A stretch of 64,000 bases of DNA from Patescibacteria group bacterium (GTDB lineage: Bacteria; Patescibacteriota; Patescibacteriia; 2-01-FULL-39-33). This document shows positions 56,285 to 64,000 of the stretch, one piece after another (position 1 is the first letter of the stretch; each line of letters opens with the position of its first letter). Both the position numbers and the translations under genes were made by a program. The notes beneath the pieces are model-generated. The model was not told the DNA's origin. It did not search any database and saw only the letters and a list, made by a program, of their open reading frames with translations. The stretch lies in contig JBAZMW010000001.1 of assembly GCA_041649575.1 (NCBI GenBank), positions 154,711-218,710 of the forward strand. The letters are read 5' to 3'.

Positions 56285-57358
56285 TTAATACAGGGGACAA
56301 GTTTGAGATAAAATTGGTTTATTGGCGGTAGTGCCGCAATTATTAATATCTAGACAATTCCGGTATCTTTGACCGTCTAAATAGCAGACGCTCCAGGCAG
56401 TGCAGGACCAATTTTCAGTGCAGAGGCAGGCTTGGCTGGTGCTGGGTCGGTAGTAATAAGTGCCGCAGCTGTTGCTGTCGGTACAGGAGCGGTATTGCTG
56501 GCCGCCTTGGCAGACGCCCCAATTATTACAAGTCCAATTTTCAACGCAAGAAAAACAAGATTGGCTTTCCGGAGGTTTATTATCATTTACACCGCAGCGA
56601 TTACTGTCAGTGCAGGTGCGGTATTGTCTATTGTAAACGCAAGAAGACCAGCTGTTACAGGTCCAGTTAGGATTGCAATGATAATTCAGGCTGACGCTGA
56701 TTTTGGTCAGGGCATCTTCGCGGTTGTAGATTGTCGATCCATTGGGGTAGGTCATTGAAGGATCCACGTCGAGAATCACCGATTCGAAACGAAAATTATT
56801 ACTGGTAAAGCCACTGTCGGTCACCAGTCGTTTTTGGCCGTTTTGGATGTAGTAAGTATCAAAAGAATTTTTATAGCGCAGCAGCGTGCCGTCTGGCAGT
56901 TTTTGATTGGAAGTGATATCACAAACGCCGTCATTGTAGTAACTAGATTCAAAGCCGGCGGGAATAACCAAAGCGCGGTTATATTGGTAGTTGCCATAAT
57001 GAGCAGGAGCGCGGCAAAGTCTTCCGTTGGGCAGTACGGCGTACATCTTTAGGCTGCTGCCAAACCGCACCAGAGCATAGCCAGGGCGAACCGTGACGTT
57101 TTTTCCGACAAGCAGCTGGTTAAACTCTGATTCCGAAACGGTGATAACCGACTGGTTTTTCCAAGAGCCGGTATACCAACTGAAGAAAGTTGATTCGGTC
57201 GGAAAGAGATGGCGTCGATCATTGGCATCCACATAATAAACACTGGGGTTGTTGCGGATTTTAATCAGATCACCATCGCTCGGATAATAAGCCAGTGCCG
57301 GCGCGGTGACCAGAACCGACAACGCCATAATGGCTAAAACAAGCAGTTTTTTGGTCAT
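56285..57358 (-). CDS. Secreted protein with three tandem ~40-aa Cys-rich modules (C-x2-NWxC-x2-W-x2-C...R-x-C-x-D-x-N-x-CG)
   Basis: Signal peptide MTKKLLVLAIMALSVLVTAPALA; repeats CNPNWTCNSWSSC..RTCTDSNRCG, CVENWTCNNWGVC..RSCTDSNSCG, CTENWSCTAWSVC..RNCLDINNCG. Confidence 0.6.
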   Translation of the reverse strand: MTKKLLVLAIMALSVLVTAPALAYYPSDGDLIKIRNNPSVYYVDANDRRHLFPTESTFFSWYTGSWKNQSVITVSESEFNQLLVGKNVTVRPGYALVRFGSSLKMYAVLPNGRLCRAPAHYGNYQYNRALVIPAGFESSYYNDGVCDITSNQKLPDGTLLRYKNSFDTYYIQNGQKRLVTDSGFTSNNFRFESVILDVDPSMTYPNGSTIYNREDALTKISVSLNYHCNPNWTCNSWSSCVYNRQYRTCTDSNRCGVNDNKPPESQSCFSCVENWTCNNWGVCQGGQQYRSCTDSNSCGTYYYRPSTSQACLCTENWSCTAWSVCYLDGQRYRNCLDINNCGTTANKPILSQTCPLY

Positions 57359-57516
57359 AGTTTTTAATCAAGGTAGTTAAAAGTTGTTAGAAACTTAACA
57401 AAAAACAACCGGCTTGTCAATTAGAAAAATTGGTTGTTGGCAGCGGCAGAAAGTTTGAGCCAAACGGTTGTTTTCCTTTCTAATTTTGCTATACTTAAAT
57501 TCAGTTAAGTGTTTTT

Positions 57517-58881
57517 ATGAAAATTTCTTTTTACGGCGCCTGCCGCGAGGTCACCGGCTCGTGTATTTTGGTGGTAACAACCAAAAATAAATTTTTGGTT
57601 GACTGTGGTATTTTTCAGGGCGAAAAATTTGCTATGGCAAAAAATTTTGAACCGTTTGAATTCGACGCCAGTTCGATAGATTTTGTGCTACTGACTCATG
57701 CGCATCTAGATCATTGCGGCCGGCTGCCCAAGCTGGTCAAGGCGGGATTTAAGGGAAAAATATATTGCAGCGAACCAACCAAGGATTTGACCGAAATTAT
57801 TTTAGAAGATTCGGCCAGAGTGATCCAGGAAGAGGCAAGACGGCACCAGCACCAGCCGCTTTATCTGGCCAAAGATGTTTTGAGAGTTAAACCGTTTTTA
57901 TCGCCCTTAGCCTATGGCCAAAAGATTAAAATTAATTCTAATACTAGTATTAGAATTTTAGATGCCGGGCACATTTTGGGTTCGGCAATTTTTGAAGTTT
58001 GGCTTAAAGAGAAAGATGGAGAAAAGAAGCTGGTTTTTTCCGGTGACTTGGGCAACCCACCGGCGCCGATAGTGAGAGACACGGAATTTGTCTCAGGCGC
58101 TGATTTGGTGGTTGTCGAGTCAACTTATGGCGGCAGGACCCACGAGTCGCCGGAACTACGACGACAACTCCTGCAACAAGCGGTTAAGGATTCTGTCGGT
58201 CGGGGAGGGGCGCTCTTAATCCCGGCTTTCGCCCTTGAAAGAACGCAGGAAGTTTTGTACGAATTAAATTTTTTGGTGGAAAACAAAATGGTGCCGGCGG
58301 TGCCGATTTTTGTCGACAGCCCTTTGGCCATCAAGGTCACTAGTATTTATAAAAAGTACGCCTCGTTTTATGATCAGGAGTCGAGAAAGCTGATTGAGGC
58401 TGGTGATGATTTGTTTAATTTTCCAGGCTTGGTTTATACGCCGACAGTGGAAGAATCGAAAAAGATTAATATTACACCGGCGCCAAAAGTGATTTTGGCC
58501 GGCAACGGCATGGCTAACGGCGGCCGCATTCCCTACCACTTGAAACTAAATCTGGACAATCCTAACAACCAGCTGTTGATTATTGCCTATCAGGTGGCCG
58601 GATCCTTGGGCAGGCAGCTCTTGGATGGCGCAGAAAAAGTGATTATCGACGGGGCAGAAGTAAGAGTCAGAGCTAAAGTGACGGCCATTGGTTCTTATTC
58701 TTCCCATGCCGACGGGCCCACCCTGCTGCATTGGCTGGAAAAAATAAAGCAGCCGAAACCCAGGCAGATTTTTGTAGTGCATGGCGAAAAAGAGTCAAAC
58801 TTCATGTTGGCCGACAAAATCAAAGAAAAATTAGGAATTTCGGCGACGGTTCCCGAGCCCGGCCGAATTTATGAAATTTAA
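57517..58881 (+). CDS. Metallo-beta-lactamase fold beta-CASP ribonuclease (RNase J/CPSF-like)
   Basis: HAHLDHCGRLP motif 2, downstream beta-CASP motifs; 454 aa. Confidence 0.75.
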   Translation: MKISFYGACREVTGSCILVVTTKNKFLVDCGIFQGEKFAMAKNFEPFEFDASSIDFVLLTHAHLDHCGRLPKLVKAGFKGKIYCSEPTKDLTEIILEDSARVIQEEARRHQHQPLYLAKDVLRVKPFLSPLAYGQKIKINSNTSIRILDAGHILGSAIFEVWLKEKDGEKKLVFSGDLGNPPAPIVRDTEFVSGADLVVVESTYGGRTHESPELRRQLLQQAVKDSVGRGGALLIPAFALERTQEVLYELNFLVENKMVPAVPIFVDSPLAIKVTSIYKKYASFYDQESRKLIEAGDDLFNFPGLVYTPTVEESKKINITPAPKVILAGNGMANGGRIPYHLKLNLDNPNNQLLIIAYQVAGSLGRQLLDGAEKVIIDGAEVRVRAKVTAIGSYSSHADGPTLLHWLEKIKQPKPRQIFVVHGEKESNFMLADKIKEKLGISATVPEPGRIYEI

Positions 58882-58945
58882 AAACCGCTTGCCTATTAAT
58901 CATCAAAGTTATAAAATAAGAAAAAGATAATTAACAAACAACAAT

Positions 58946-59704
58946 ATGGAAAATTTCAAATCACCCAAGGCGATTATAGCCCTTTTGGCGTTAATCGCCA
59001 TTACGGCGGTAGTTATCATTTCGATTTTAAGAGATAGAATCGTTAACCAGCAGCCTTGGCAGGTGGCGGTCGTCGGCCAAGGCAAGGTGGCTTATCAGCC
59101 GGACATTGCCGATGTCACTTTGGGGGTACAAATAGACAAGGTGGCCAAGGCGGAAAACGCCCTAAATCAGTTGAATGACAAAGTTAATAAAATTATCGCG
59201 GCCGTAAAGGCGGCCGGCATTCCGCCGGAAGATATTCAGACTCAAAATTATTCTCTTTATCCGCAATATGATTCGCCAGACAATGTCATGAGTCTATCGG
59301 GGTACAATGCCAATCAGCAGCTATTAATAAAAGTCAGGGGCATAGACAAGGAACCAGAGAGGGTCAGTAAGGTGGTGGCGGAAGCCACTAAGGCCGGAGT
59401 CAATCAAGTGGTGGGAGTAAGTTTTGATGTCTCTAATTTGGAAGAATTAAAGCAACAGGCGAGAATCAAGGCCATAGGCGATGCGCAAATCAAGGCCAGC
59501 AGTCTGGCCGCGGCGGCCAGAGTGAGATTGGGCAAGGTTATTGGTTGGTGGGAAAATATAATTCAAGCGCCAGGAATAGGTAATGCTTATTATGGTGATA
59601 AGGGAGGCATGGGAGGCGGACTGGGCACGGGAGCGACGTCTTCATTGCCGACCGGCAGTCAAGAAGTTATTTTAGAAATCAACCTTAATTATCAGGTTAG
59701 ATAA
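58946..59704 (+). CDS. SIMPL/DUF541 domain protein
   Basis: N-terminal TM then QNYSLYPQYD and overall SIMPL-like pattern; 252 aa. Confidence 0.6.
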   Translation: MENFKSPKAIIALLALIAITAVVIISILRDRIVNQQPWQVAVVGQGKVAYQPDIADVTLGVQIDKVAKAENALNQLNDKVNKIIAAVKAAGIPPEDIQTQNYSLYPQYDSPDNVMSLSGYNANQQLLIKVRGIDKEPERVSKVVAEATKAGVNQVVGVSFDVSNLEELKQQARIKAIGDAQIKASSLAAAARVRLGKVIGWWENIIQAPGIGNAYYGDKGGMGGGLGTGATSSLPTGSQEVILEINLNYQVR

Positions 59705-59729
59705 ATTGTATAAAAAAGTTATTAAAAAT

Positions 59730-59756
59730 GACTCCGTTAAAACGGAGTTATTTTTT
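59730..59756 (+). terminator. Rho-independent terminator (GACTCCGTTaaAACGGAGTT + ATTTTTT)
   Basis: Hairpin plus T-tract after the SIMPL gene, followed by a TTGACA-16-TAAAAAT promoter-like sequence for the tRNA cluster. Confidence 0.6.
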
Positions 59757-59803
59757 GACAAAATTAATAAAAAATGTAAAAATATCAGATAAATGGGCTT
59801 ATG

Positions 59804-59841
59804 GTCTAGTGGTATGACGCCACATTCGTCCCGCCCCTTTT
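59804..59841 (+). pseudogene. tRNA-like 5' fragment (acceptor plus D-arm, GGGCTTATGGTCTAGTGGTATGAC...) lacking an anticodon or T arm
   Basis: Resembles the 5' third of the tRNA-Gln at 52270, but no complementary anticodon stem or 3' half can be drawn before tRNA-Ala begins. Confidence 0.3.
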
Positions 59842-59915
59842 GGGCTCGTAGCTCAGTTGGCTAGAGCGCCGCATTCGCATTGCGGAGGTCAGGGGTCCGA
59901 CTCCCCTCGAGTCCA
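59842..59915 (+). tRNA. tRNA-Ala (anticodon CGC), with G3:U70
   Basis: Acceptor GGGCTCG/CGAGTCC with the G3-U70 identity pair, anticodon stem CCGCA/TGCGG, loop TTCGCAT, T-arm AGGGG-TCCGACT-CCCCT; CCA not encoded. Confidence 0.8.
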
Positions 59916-59983
59916 AAAGGAGCGGGATGGAGGCGGCAGCCTGCCTGCCGGCAGGCAGGTTTGATTCGGTCTAGATCCAATTG

Positions 59984-60057
<74 letters not shown>

Positions 60058-60075
60058 ATGATTATTTTTTTCATG

Positions 60076-61020
60076 TTTAAGCGACATTCAAAAATTTTTT
60101 ATTTTATTTTTTTTCTGGCCGGGGTAGCGGTTTTTTTATTATTGGCCAGCCCGAGTCTGTCCTCAAAAGTCAAGCCGTTTTTTGTAAAGCCAGCCGTTGA
60201 AAAATCAGCTGATAGCTTGGAAGGCAGGGAAACGGAGAGCGCGGAAATATCAAAGATTTTTGGGGCGGCTATTAACACGGCCACTACCACAGCCACCACT
60301 CATAGTCAAGCTCGATCGTTTAGTGAAACAAAAACAGCAAAAAAAATATCTCTGGAGTTGCCCATCCTCATCTATCATCATATCGACAAACTACCACAGA
60401 AAACTGCTTACCCGGGTTTGTTCAATGATCCGGCTGTTTTTGAGCAACAGTTGATTGCTTTGAAAAATGATGGTTACCAAACGATTTTTTTGAAAGACCT
60501 GGCCGAAGCGTTGACAGGCAAAAAACAGCTGCCAGTCAAGTCATTAGCCTTGACTTTTGATGATGGTTATGAAGATTTTTATCAGCAGGCTTTTCCTTTG
60601 CTGAAAAAATATGACAGCAGGGCCACCGTTTTCGTAATTGTTGATTCTTTGAATACTCCCGGGTATTTGACAACAAAACAGCTAAAAGAAATGTCGGCCA
60701 GCGGCTTGGTGAAAATCGGTTCGCACACCTTGAGCCATATTAATTTGAAAATAGCTTCTGATCAGCAGATCAGAGAAGAAATTGTAAACAGCAAAAAGAA
60801 GTTAGAAAAGATTTTGGGTCAGGCGGTCGATGATTTCGCCTATCCTTACGGTTTTTTTAACGGCCGCGATGAGCAAACCGTTAGAGAGGCTGGTTATTCC
60901 TCGGCCGTGTCCACCAGGATCGGAAAATATCAGAGCCAAAATGATATTTTTTCTCTGCGGCGTCTGCGACCGGGCAATAGGGTGGCCAGCGGATTATTAG
61001 ATTTTTTAAAAGCTTTTTAA
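60076..61020 (+). CDS. Polysaccharide deacetylase (NodB/CE4 family), membrane-anchored
   Basis: N-terminal TM, LTFDDGYEDFY and HTLSH motifs. The start is set after tRNA-Val. Confidence 0.8.
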   Translation, partial: FKRHSKIFYFIFFLAGVAVFLLLASPSLSSKVKPFFVKPAVEKSADSLEGRETESAEISKIFGAAINTATTTATTHSQARSFSETKTAKKISLELPILIYHHIDKLPQKTAYPGLFNDPAVFEQQLIALKNDGYQTIFLKDLAEALTGKKQLPVKSLALTFDDGYEDFYQQAFPLLKKYDSRATVFVIVDSLNTPGYLTTKQLKEMSASGLVKIGSHTLSHINLKIASDQQIREEIVNSKKKLEKILGQAVDDFAYPYGFFNGRDEQTVREAGYSSAVSTRIGKYQSQNDIFSLRRLRPGNRVASGLLDFLKAF

Positions 61021-61234
61021 TTCTTATGAAAAATCATGCTAAAGTCGGCGGGCGCAAAGGTCTGCCGGGATACCGGACACCTTCGAGCTTTAGGTTTCGT
61101 AAAGACTTAGCAGTAAAAAGCTTGAAAGCTTTTAAAAGGGTTAAATAGTTGTCAGGAGGCACAGAGTTTGTTATACTAGTCCCTAGCCGACCAAAGCACG
61201 GTGATTTTTGCGTATATTTGCGTATATAAGTTAT

Positions 61235-61413
61235 TTTTTCTTTTCTAGGAAAAGAAAAAGCTAACAAAAAGAAAAGTCGCGAGCTAGATGAAAATTTGGC
61301 GCTTCAAGTCAAAATCCTAACAAAATTTTATAACTCCTCGCTTCGCTCGTCAAACAGATGAAACTTAGTAACGAATTTTGACTTACGCTTATCCCAAATT
61401 TTCATAGGCTCGC
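61235..61413. mobile_element. MITE-like dispersed repeat, copy 2 (palindrome TTTTTCTTTTCTAGGAAAAGAAAAAG, then a TIR-bounded element GCGAGCTAGATGAAAATTT...AAATTTTCATAGGCTCGC)
   Basis: Aligns with 10851..11049 at about 75-80% identity and lacks that copy's internal hairpin. Confidence 0.55.
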
Positions 61414-61437
61414 AAAATAAGAAAACAATTTTTAATA

Positions 61438-63276
61438 ATGTCAGGAAAATTATTTAAATTAAAATCTAAATTTGCCCCAGCGGGCGATCAGCCTCAAGCG
61501 ATTGAGAAGCTTTGGCATGGCCTTGAGAAAGGGGATGCTTTTCAAACGCTGCTGGGCGTTACGGGGTCAGGCAAAACTTTTACCATGGCCAATTTGATAG
61601 CCCGACTAGATCGTCCAGTACTAGTGATGGCGCCGAACAAGGCTTTGGCGGCCCAGCTTTATCGCGAGTATAAAAATTTTTTTCCGGAAAACAGTGTTAA
61701 TTATTTTGTGTCTTACTATGATTATTATCAGCCGGAAGCGTACCTGCCGACGACTGATACTTATATCGACAAAGAAGCGATGATTAATGAAGAGATAGAT
61801 CGTTTGCGGCACCAGGCCACTTCGGCTTTGTTGTCGCGACGGGATGTGATCGTGGTGGCCTCGGTTTCCTGTATTTACAACCTGGGTCTGCCGGAAAGCT
61901 ATTTGGAGTCGCGTCTGCATTTGACGGTCGGCCAGCCGATTGTTCGCGCCGATCTGATTCGCCAACTGGTCAAAATCCAGTTTACCCGGACTCCTGGTGA
62001 GCTGAAACGCGGGACTTTTAGGGTGCGCGGTGATGTTTTTGAGATTATGCCGGCAGCGGCGCAGGTGGTTTACAGAGTAGAATTAGCGGAGCAAAAAATA
62101 AAAGAAATTCACATTATCAATCAATTGACAAGAAAAAGATTGGCAAGTTTGTTCGAGCTTGTTGTTTTTCCGCCCAAACACTTTGTTTCTTCCAAGCCGG
62201 AAATCGAAAGAGCCATTAAAGATATTAAATTAGAATTGAAAGACAGATTGAAATACTTTAATAAAAAAAATTTATATTTGGAGACGGAGCGACTAGAGCG
62301 GCGCACTCGTTATGATATGGAAATGTTGAAAAGTATCGGTTATTGCCATGGCATCGAGAATTATTCGCGTCATTTGACTGGCAAACTGTCGGGTGAAGCG
62401 CCGGAGACATTACTAGCCTATTTTCCTAAAGATAAGAAAGGCCAGCCAGACTTTTTGACTATTATGGATGAATCACATATCGGCTTACCGCAAGTGCGAG
62501 GCATGTACGCTGGCGATCGAAGTAGAAAAGAAGTTTTAGCGCAGTATGGTTGGCGATTGCCCTCCGCTTTGGATAATCGGCCACTGACTTTTGACGAGTT
62601 TTTGCGGCGTATTGGCCAAACTATTTTTACTTCAGCGACTCCGGGTGATTGGGAAATTAAGCATTCGACTCAAGTGGCGGAGCAGGTGATTCGGCCGACC
62701 GGACTAATTGATCCGCCAGTAGAGGTAAGGCCGGTTTTTGACAAAAAGAATAATTACAGTCAGGTTGATGATGTGATTAAAGAAGCTAGAAAAATAGTAA
62801 AGCAGGGTGAGCGGGCGATTATTAATACTTTAACTAAGAAGCAAGCTGAGGATTTGGATAATTATTTGCGCGGCAAGGGAATCAAATCCGATTACTTGCA
62901 CAGCGACATTAATACGATCCAGCGCACCGAAATTCTAATGAATTTCCGCAAAGGCAGGTTCGATGTTTTAATCGGCGTCAATTTGCTCCGGGAAGGCCTG
63001 GATTTGCCGGAAGTGACTTTAGTGGCTATTTTGGATGCGGATAGGGAAGGATTTTTGCGCAGCGAGGTATCGCTAATGCAAACCATGGGTCGGGCGGCCA
63101 GAAATGTCACCGGCAAGGTAATTTTGTATGCTGATAATCTGACCGGTTCGATTAGAAGGGCGATAAAAGAGGTAGCCAGAAGGCGTAAATTACAAATGGA
63201 ATACAACAAGCAACACGGCATTCGGCCGGAGACAATTATCAAAGAGATTGAAAATTTTTTGGATATTGAAAATTAA
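61438..63276 (+). CDS. uvrB: Excinuclease ABC subunit B UvrB (short form, 612 aa)
   Basis: GVTGSGKTF Walker A, beta-hairpin region YYDYYQPEAY, helicase motifs, VLIGVNLLREGLDLPEV. The C-terminal UVR domain appears to be absent. Confidence 0.9.
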   Translation: MSGKLFKLKSKFAPAGDQPQAIEKLWHGLEKGDAFQTLLGVTGSGKTFTMANLIARLDRPVLVMAPNKALAAQLYREYKNFFPENSVNYFVSYYDYYQPEAYLPTTDTYIDKEAMINEEIDRLRHQATSALLSRRDVIVVASVSCIYNLGLPESYLESRLHLTVGQPIVRADLIRQLVKIQFTRTPGELKRGTFRVRGDVFEIMPAAAQVVYRVELAEQKIKEIHIINQLTRKRLASLFELVVFPPKHFVSSKPEIERAIKDIKLELKDRLKYFNKKNLYLETERLERRTRYDMEMLKSIGYCHGIENYSRHLTGKLSGEAPETLLAYFPKDKKGQPDFLTIMDESHIGLPQVRGMYAGDRSRKEVLAQYGWRLPSALDNRPLTFDEFLRRIGQTIFTSATPGDWEIKHSTQVAEQVIRPTGLIDPPVEVRPVFDKKNNYSQVDDVIKEARKIVKQGERAIINTLTKKQAEDLDNYLRGKGIKSDYLHSDINTIQRTEILMNFRKGRFDVLIGVNLLREGLDLPEVTLVAILDADREGFLRSEVSLMQTMGRAARNVTGKVILYADNLTGSIRRAIKEVARRRKLQMEYNKQHGIRPETIIKEIENFLDIEN

Positions 63277-63583
63277 AACCCGCAGGCTGGAGTGCTTGCG
63301 GTGTTAGAGAACAGGGGGGGGGATGTGCTGCTAGCGGGTTAAGGTGCGCGGTGATCCGGAGGTGGGAGGGGGAACTTCGGGTGATTTGATTTGAAGCCCG
63401 AGGAGTCCGTGTTAGAAATGTGCTGGCCGACAACTTTGACCGCGTTGCCGACTTCCTGGTAACAGCCCAGGGCGAAGTTATGAGGAAGAAGAGGGGCGTT
63501 AGGGTTAGGATCAGTCCCAAAAACAGAGCCATCACGCAACCTTTGGGGGGAGGCCCTAGTGGCGTTTCATTGGTGTTTTCCAT
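63239..63583 (-). CDS. GC-rich tail-region ORF, possible small membrane protein (TM helix VMALFLGLILTLTPLFFLITSPW). The C-terminal two-thirds are low-complexity and overlap the uvrB 3' end, so probably only the first ~45 aa, if any, are real.
   Basis: SD AAGGAGActgatcATG; antisense to the 63420..63638 ORF. Confidence 0.25.
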   Translation of the reverse strand: MENTNETPLGPPPKGCVMALFLGLILTLTPLFFLITSPWAVTRKSATRSKLSASTFLTRTPRASNQITRSSPSHLRITAHLNPLAAHPPPCSLTPQALQPAGFNFQYPKNFQSL

Positions 63584-63638
63584 GATCAGTCTCCTTGTGG
63601 GGTTAATGTACGCATTGATAGTTAATTATATTGTTTAA
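63420..63638 (+). CDS. GC-rich tail-region ORF, 72-aa protein with a C-terminal TM helix
   Basis: SD GAGGAGtccgtgttagaaATG; ends directly before a strong terminator hairpin. It is mutually exclusive with the antisense ORF. Confidence 0.35.
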   Translation: MLADNFDRVADFLVTAQGEVMRKKRGVRVRISPKNRAITQPLGGGPSGVSLVFSMISLLVGLMYALIVNYIV

Positions 63639-63650
63639 TAGTAATTTGTC

Positions 63651-63712
63651 AATAAAAAAAAGAGTCCCCGAAAACCAGTCTTCCGCGAAGACCGGTTTTC
63701 GGGGGGTTTGTC
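63651..63712. terminator. Strong bidirectional terminator: A8 + CCCCGAAAACCaGTCTTccgcgAAGACcGGTTTTCGGGG + GGTTTG
   Basis: 16-bp stem with one mismatch. T-run on the minus strand (for gene 63921..63721), G/T-rich on the plus strand. Confidence 0.75.
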
Positions 63713-63720
63713 AACCTTGT

Positions 63721-63921
63721 CTAACTGACAAGAGCGAGCGGCTGAGCAACGGACGTACACTCATATGGATACGCCCAGCGCTTGCCAGCCAGGCCAGCAA
63801 AGTGAAGAGTCAGAAAGTCTCCTGGCTCGGCGACGACACTAGCTGTCTTGCCGTTAAGTTTGTTTCCTCCTTGAGCTGAATTGAAGATGACGGTTCTGTT
63901 CTGGCGATGTGTTTCACTCAC
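63721..63921 (-). CDS. GC-rich tail-region small ORF (66 aa, GTG start) of unknown function
   Basis: SD GAGGAGaaacagctGTG; terminated by the 63651-63712 hairpin; beta-rich sequence (VIFNSAQGGNKLNGKTASVVAEPGDFLTLHF). Confidence 0.4.
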   Translation of the reverse strand: MSETHRQNRTVIFNSAQGGNKLNGKTASVVAEPGDFLTLHFAGLAGKRWAYPYECTSVAQPLALVS

Positions 63922-64000
63922 AGCTGTTTCTCCTCATAGTTGTTGACAGAAAATGGAGCTTCTGTAGTGTATTACATAATAAGAATTTTGTCAAATATTA

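Noticed and set aside
59804-59841. A fourth intact tRNA upstream of tRNA-Ala
   Set aside because: No anticodon stem, T-arm or 3' acceptor strand can be paired, so it is only a tRNA-like 5' fragment.
61025-61235. Structured GC-richer segment after the CE4 gene (hairpins CCGGgataCCGG, AAAAGCTTgaaAGCTTTT), considered as a candidate sRNA/riboswitch
   Set aside because: There are local palindromes, but I recognise no family-level motif. It is most likely a 3' UTR/terminator region adjoining the MITE-like repeat.
61438-63276. UvrB flagged as truncated or pseudogene because it is only 612 aa
   Set aside because: All helicase and UvrB-specific motifs are intact and the ORF is uninterrupted. Compact lineages commonly carry a shorter C-terminus.

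Overview
The backbone of this window is AT-rich (about 38-40% GC) with almost no Shine-Dalgarno (SD) sequences, and it looks like a Patescibacteria/CPR-type genome. Its recognisable content is: a minus-strand cell-surface polysaccharide operon (Wzz-like chain-length determinant, O-antigen-ligase-like protein, a GT4 glycosyltransferase, a glycoside-hydrolase-like FG-GAP protein); a division/cell-wall (dcw) cluster split into two blocks (mraY-hyp-murD-ftsW-murG-murC-hyp-murB, and mraZ-rsmH-ftsL-ftsI-murF, with no murE in the window); hpf; secA; a NUDIX hydrolase; mutM; uppP; mltG; an AMMECR1 protein; the rplJ-rplL operon with an L10-leader-like 5' UTR; an FG-GAP L,D-transpeptidase; cysS; a Dus-family enzyme; corA; a VirD4/TraG-like ATPase; dnaX; a 1275-aa surface protein; a beta-CASP ribonuclease; a SIMPL protein; a CE4 deacetylase; uvrB; and tRNA-Gln, tRNA-Ala and tRNA-Val. 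Embedded in this backbone are at least eight short GC-rich islets (55-60% GC). Each of their ORFs has a canonical AGGAGG-type ribosome-binding site, which the host genes lack. Two islets stand out. One is a three-gene island at 42.27-44.64 kb whose genes are each followed by the same 48-bp hairpin-containing direct repeat. The other is a 2-kb 5' region encoding an Ig-like and TSP3-repeat surface protein. I also see a MITE-like dispersed repeat (two copies), a short palindromic repeat family with one copy in frame inside cysS, a GC-shifted duplicate of the murD 3' end, and a tRNA cluster with a tRNA 5' fragment and a GC hairpin spacer. I could not assign a function to any islet protein, so together they are the best candidates for an undescribed system or cargo.
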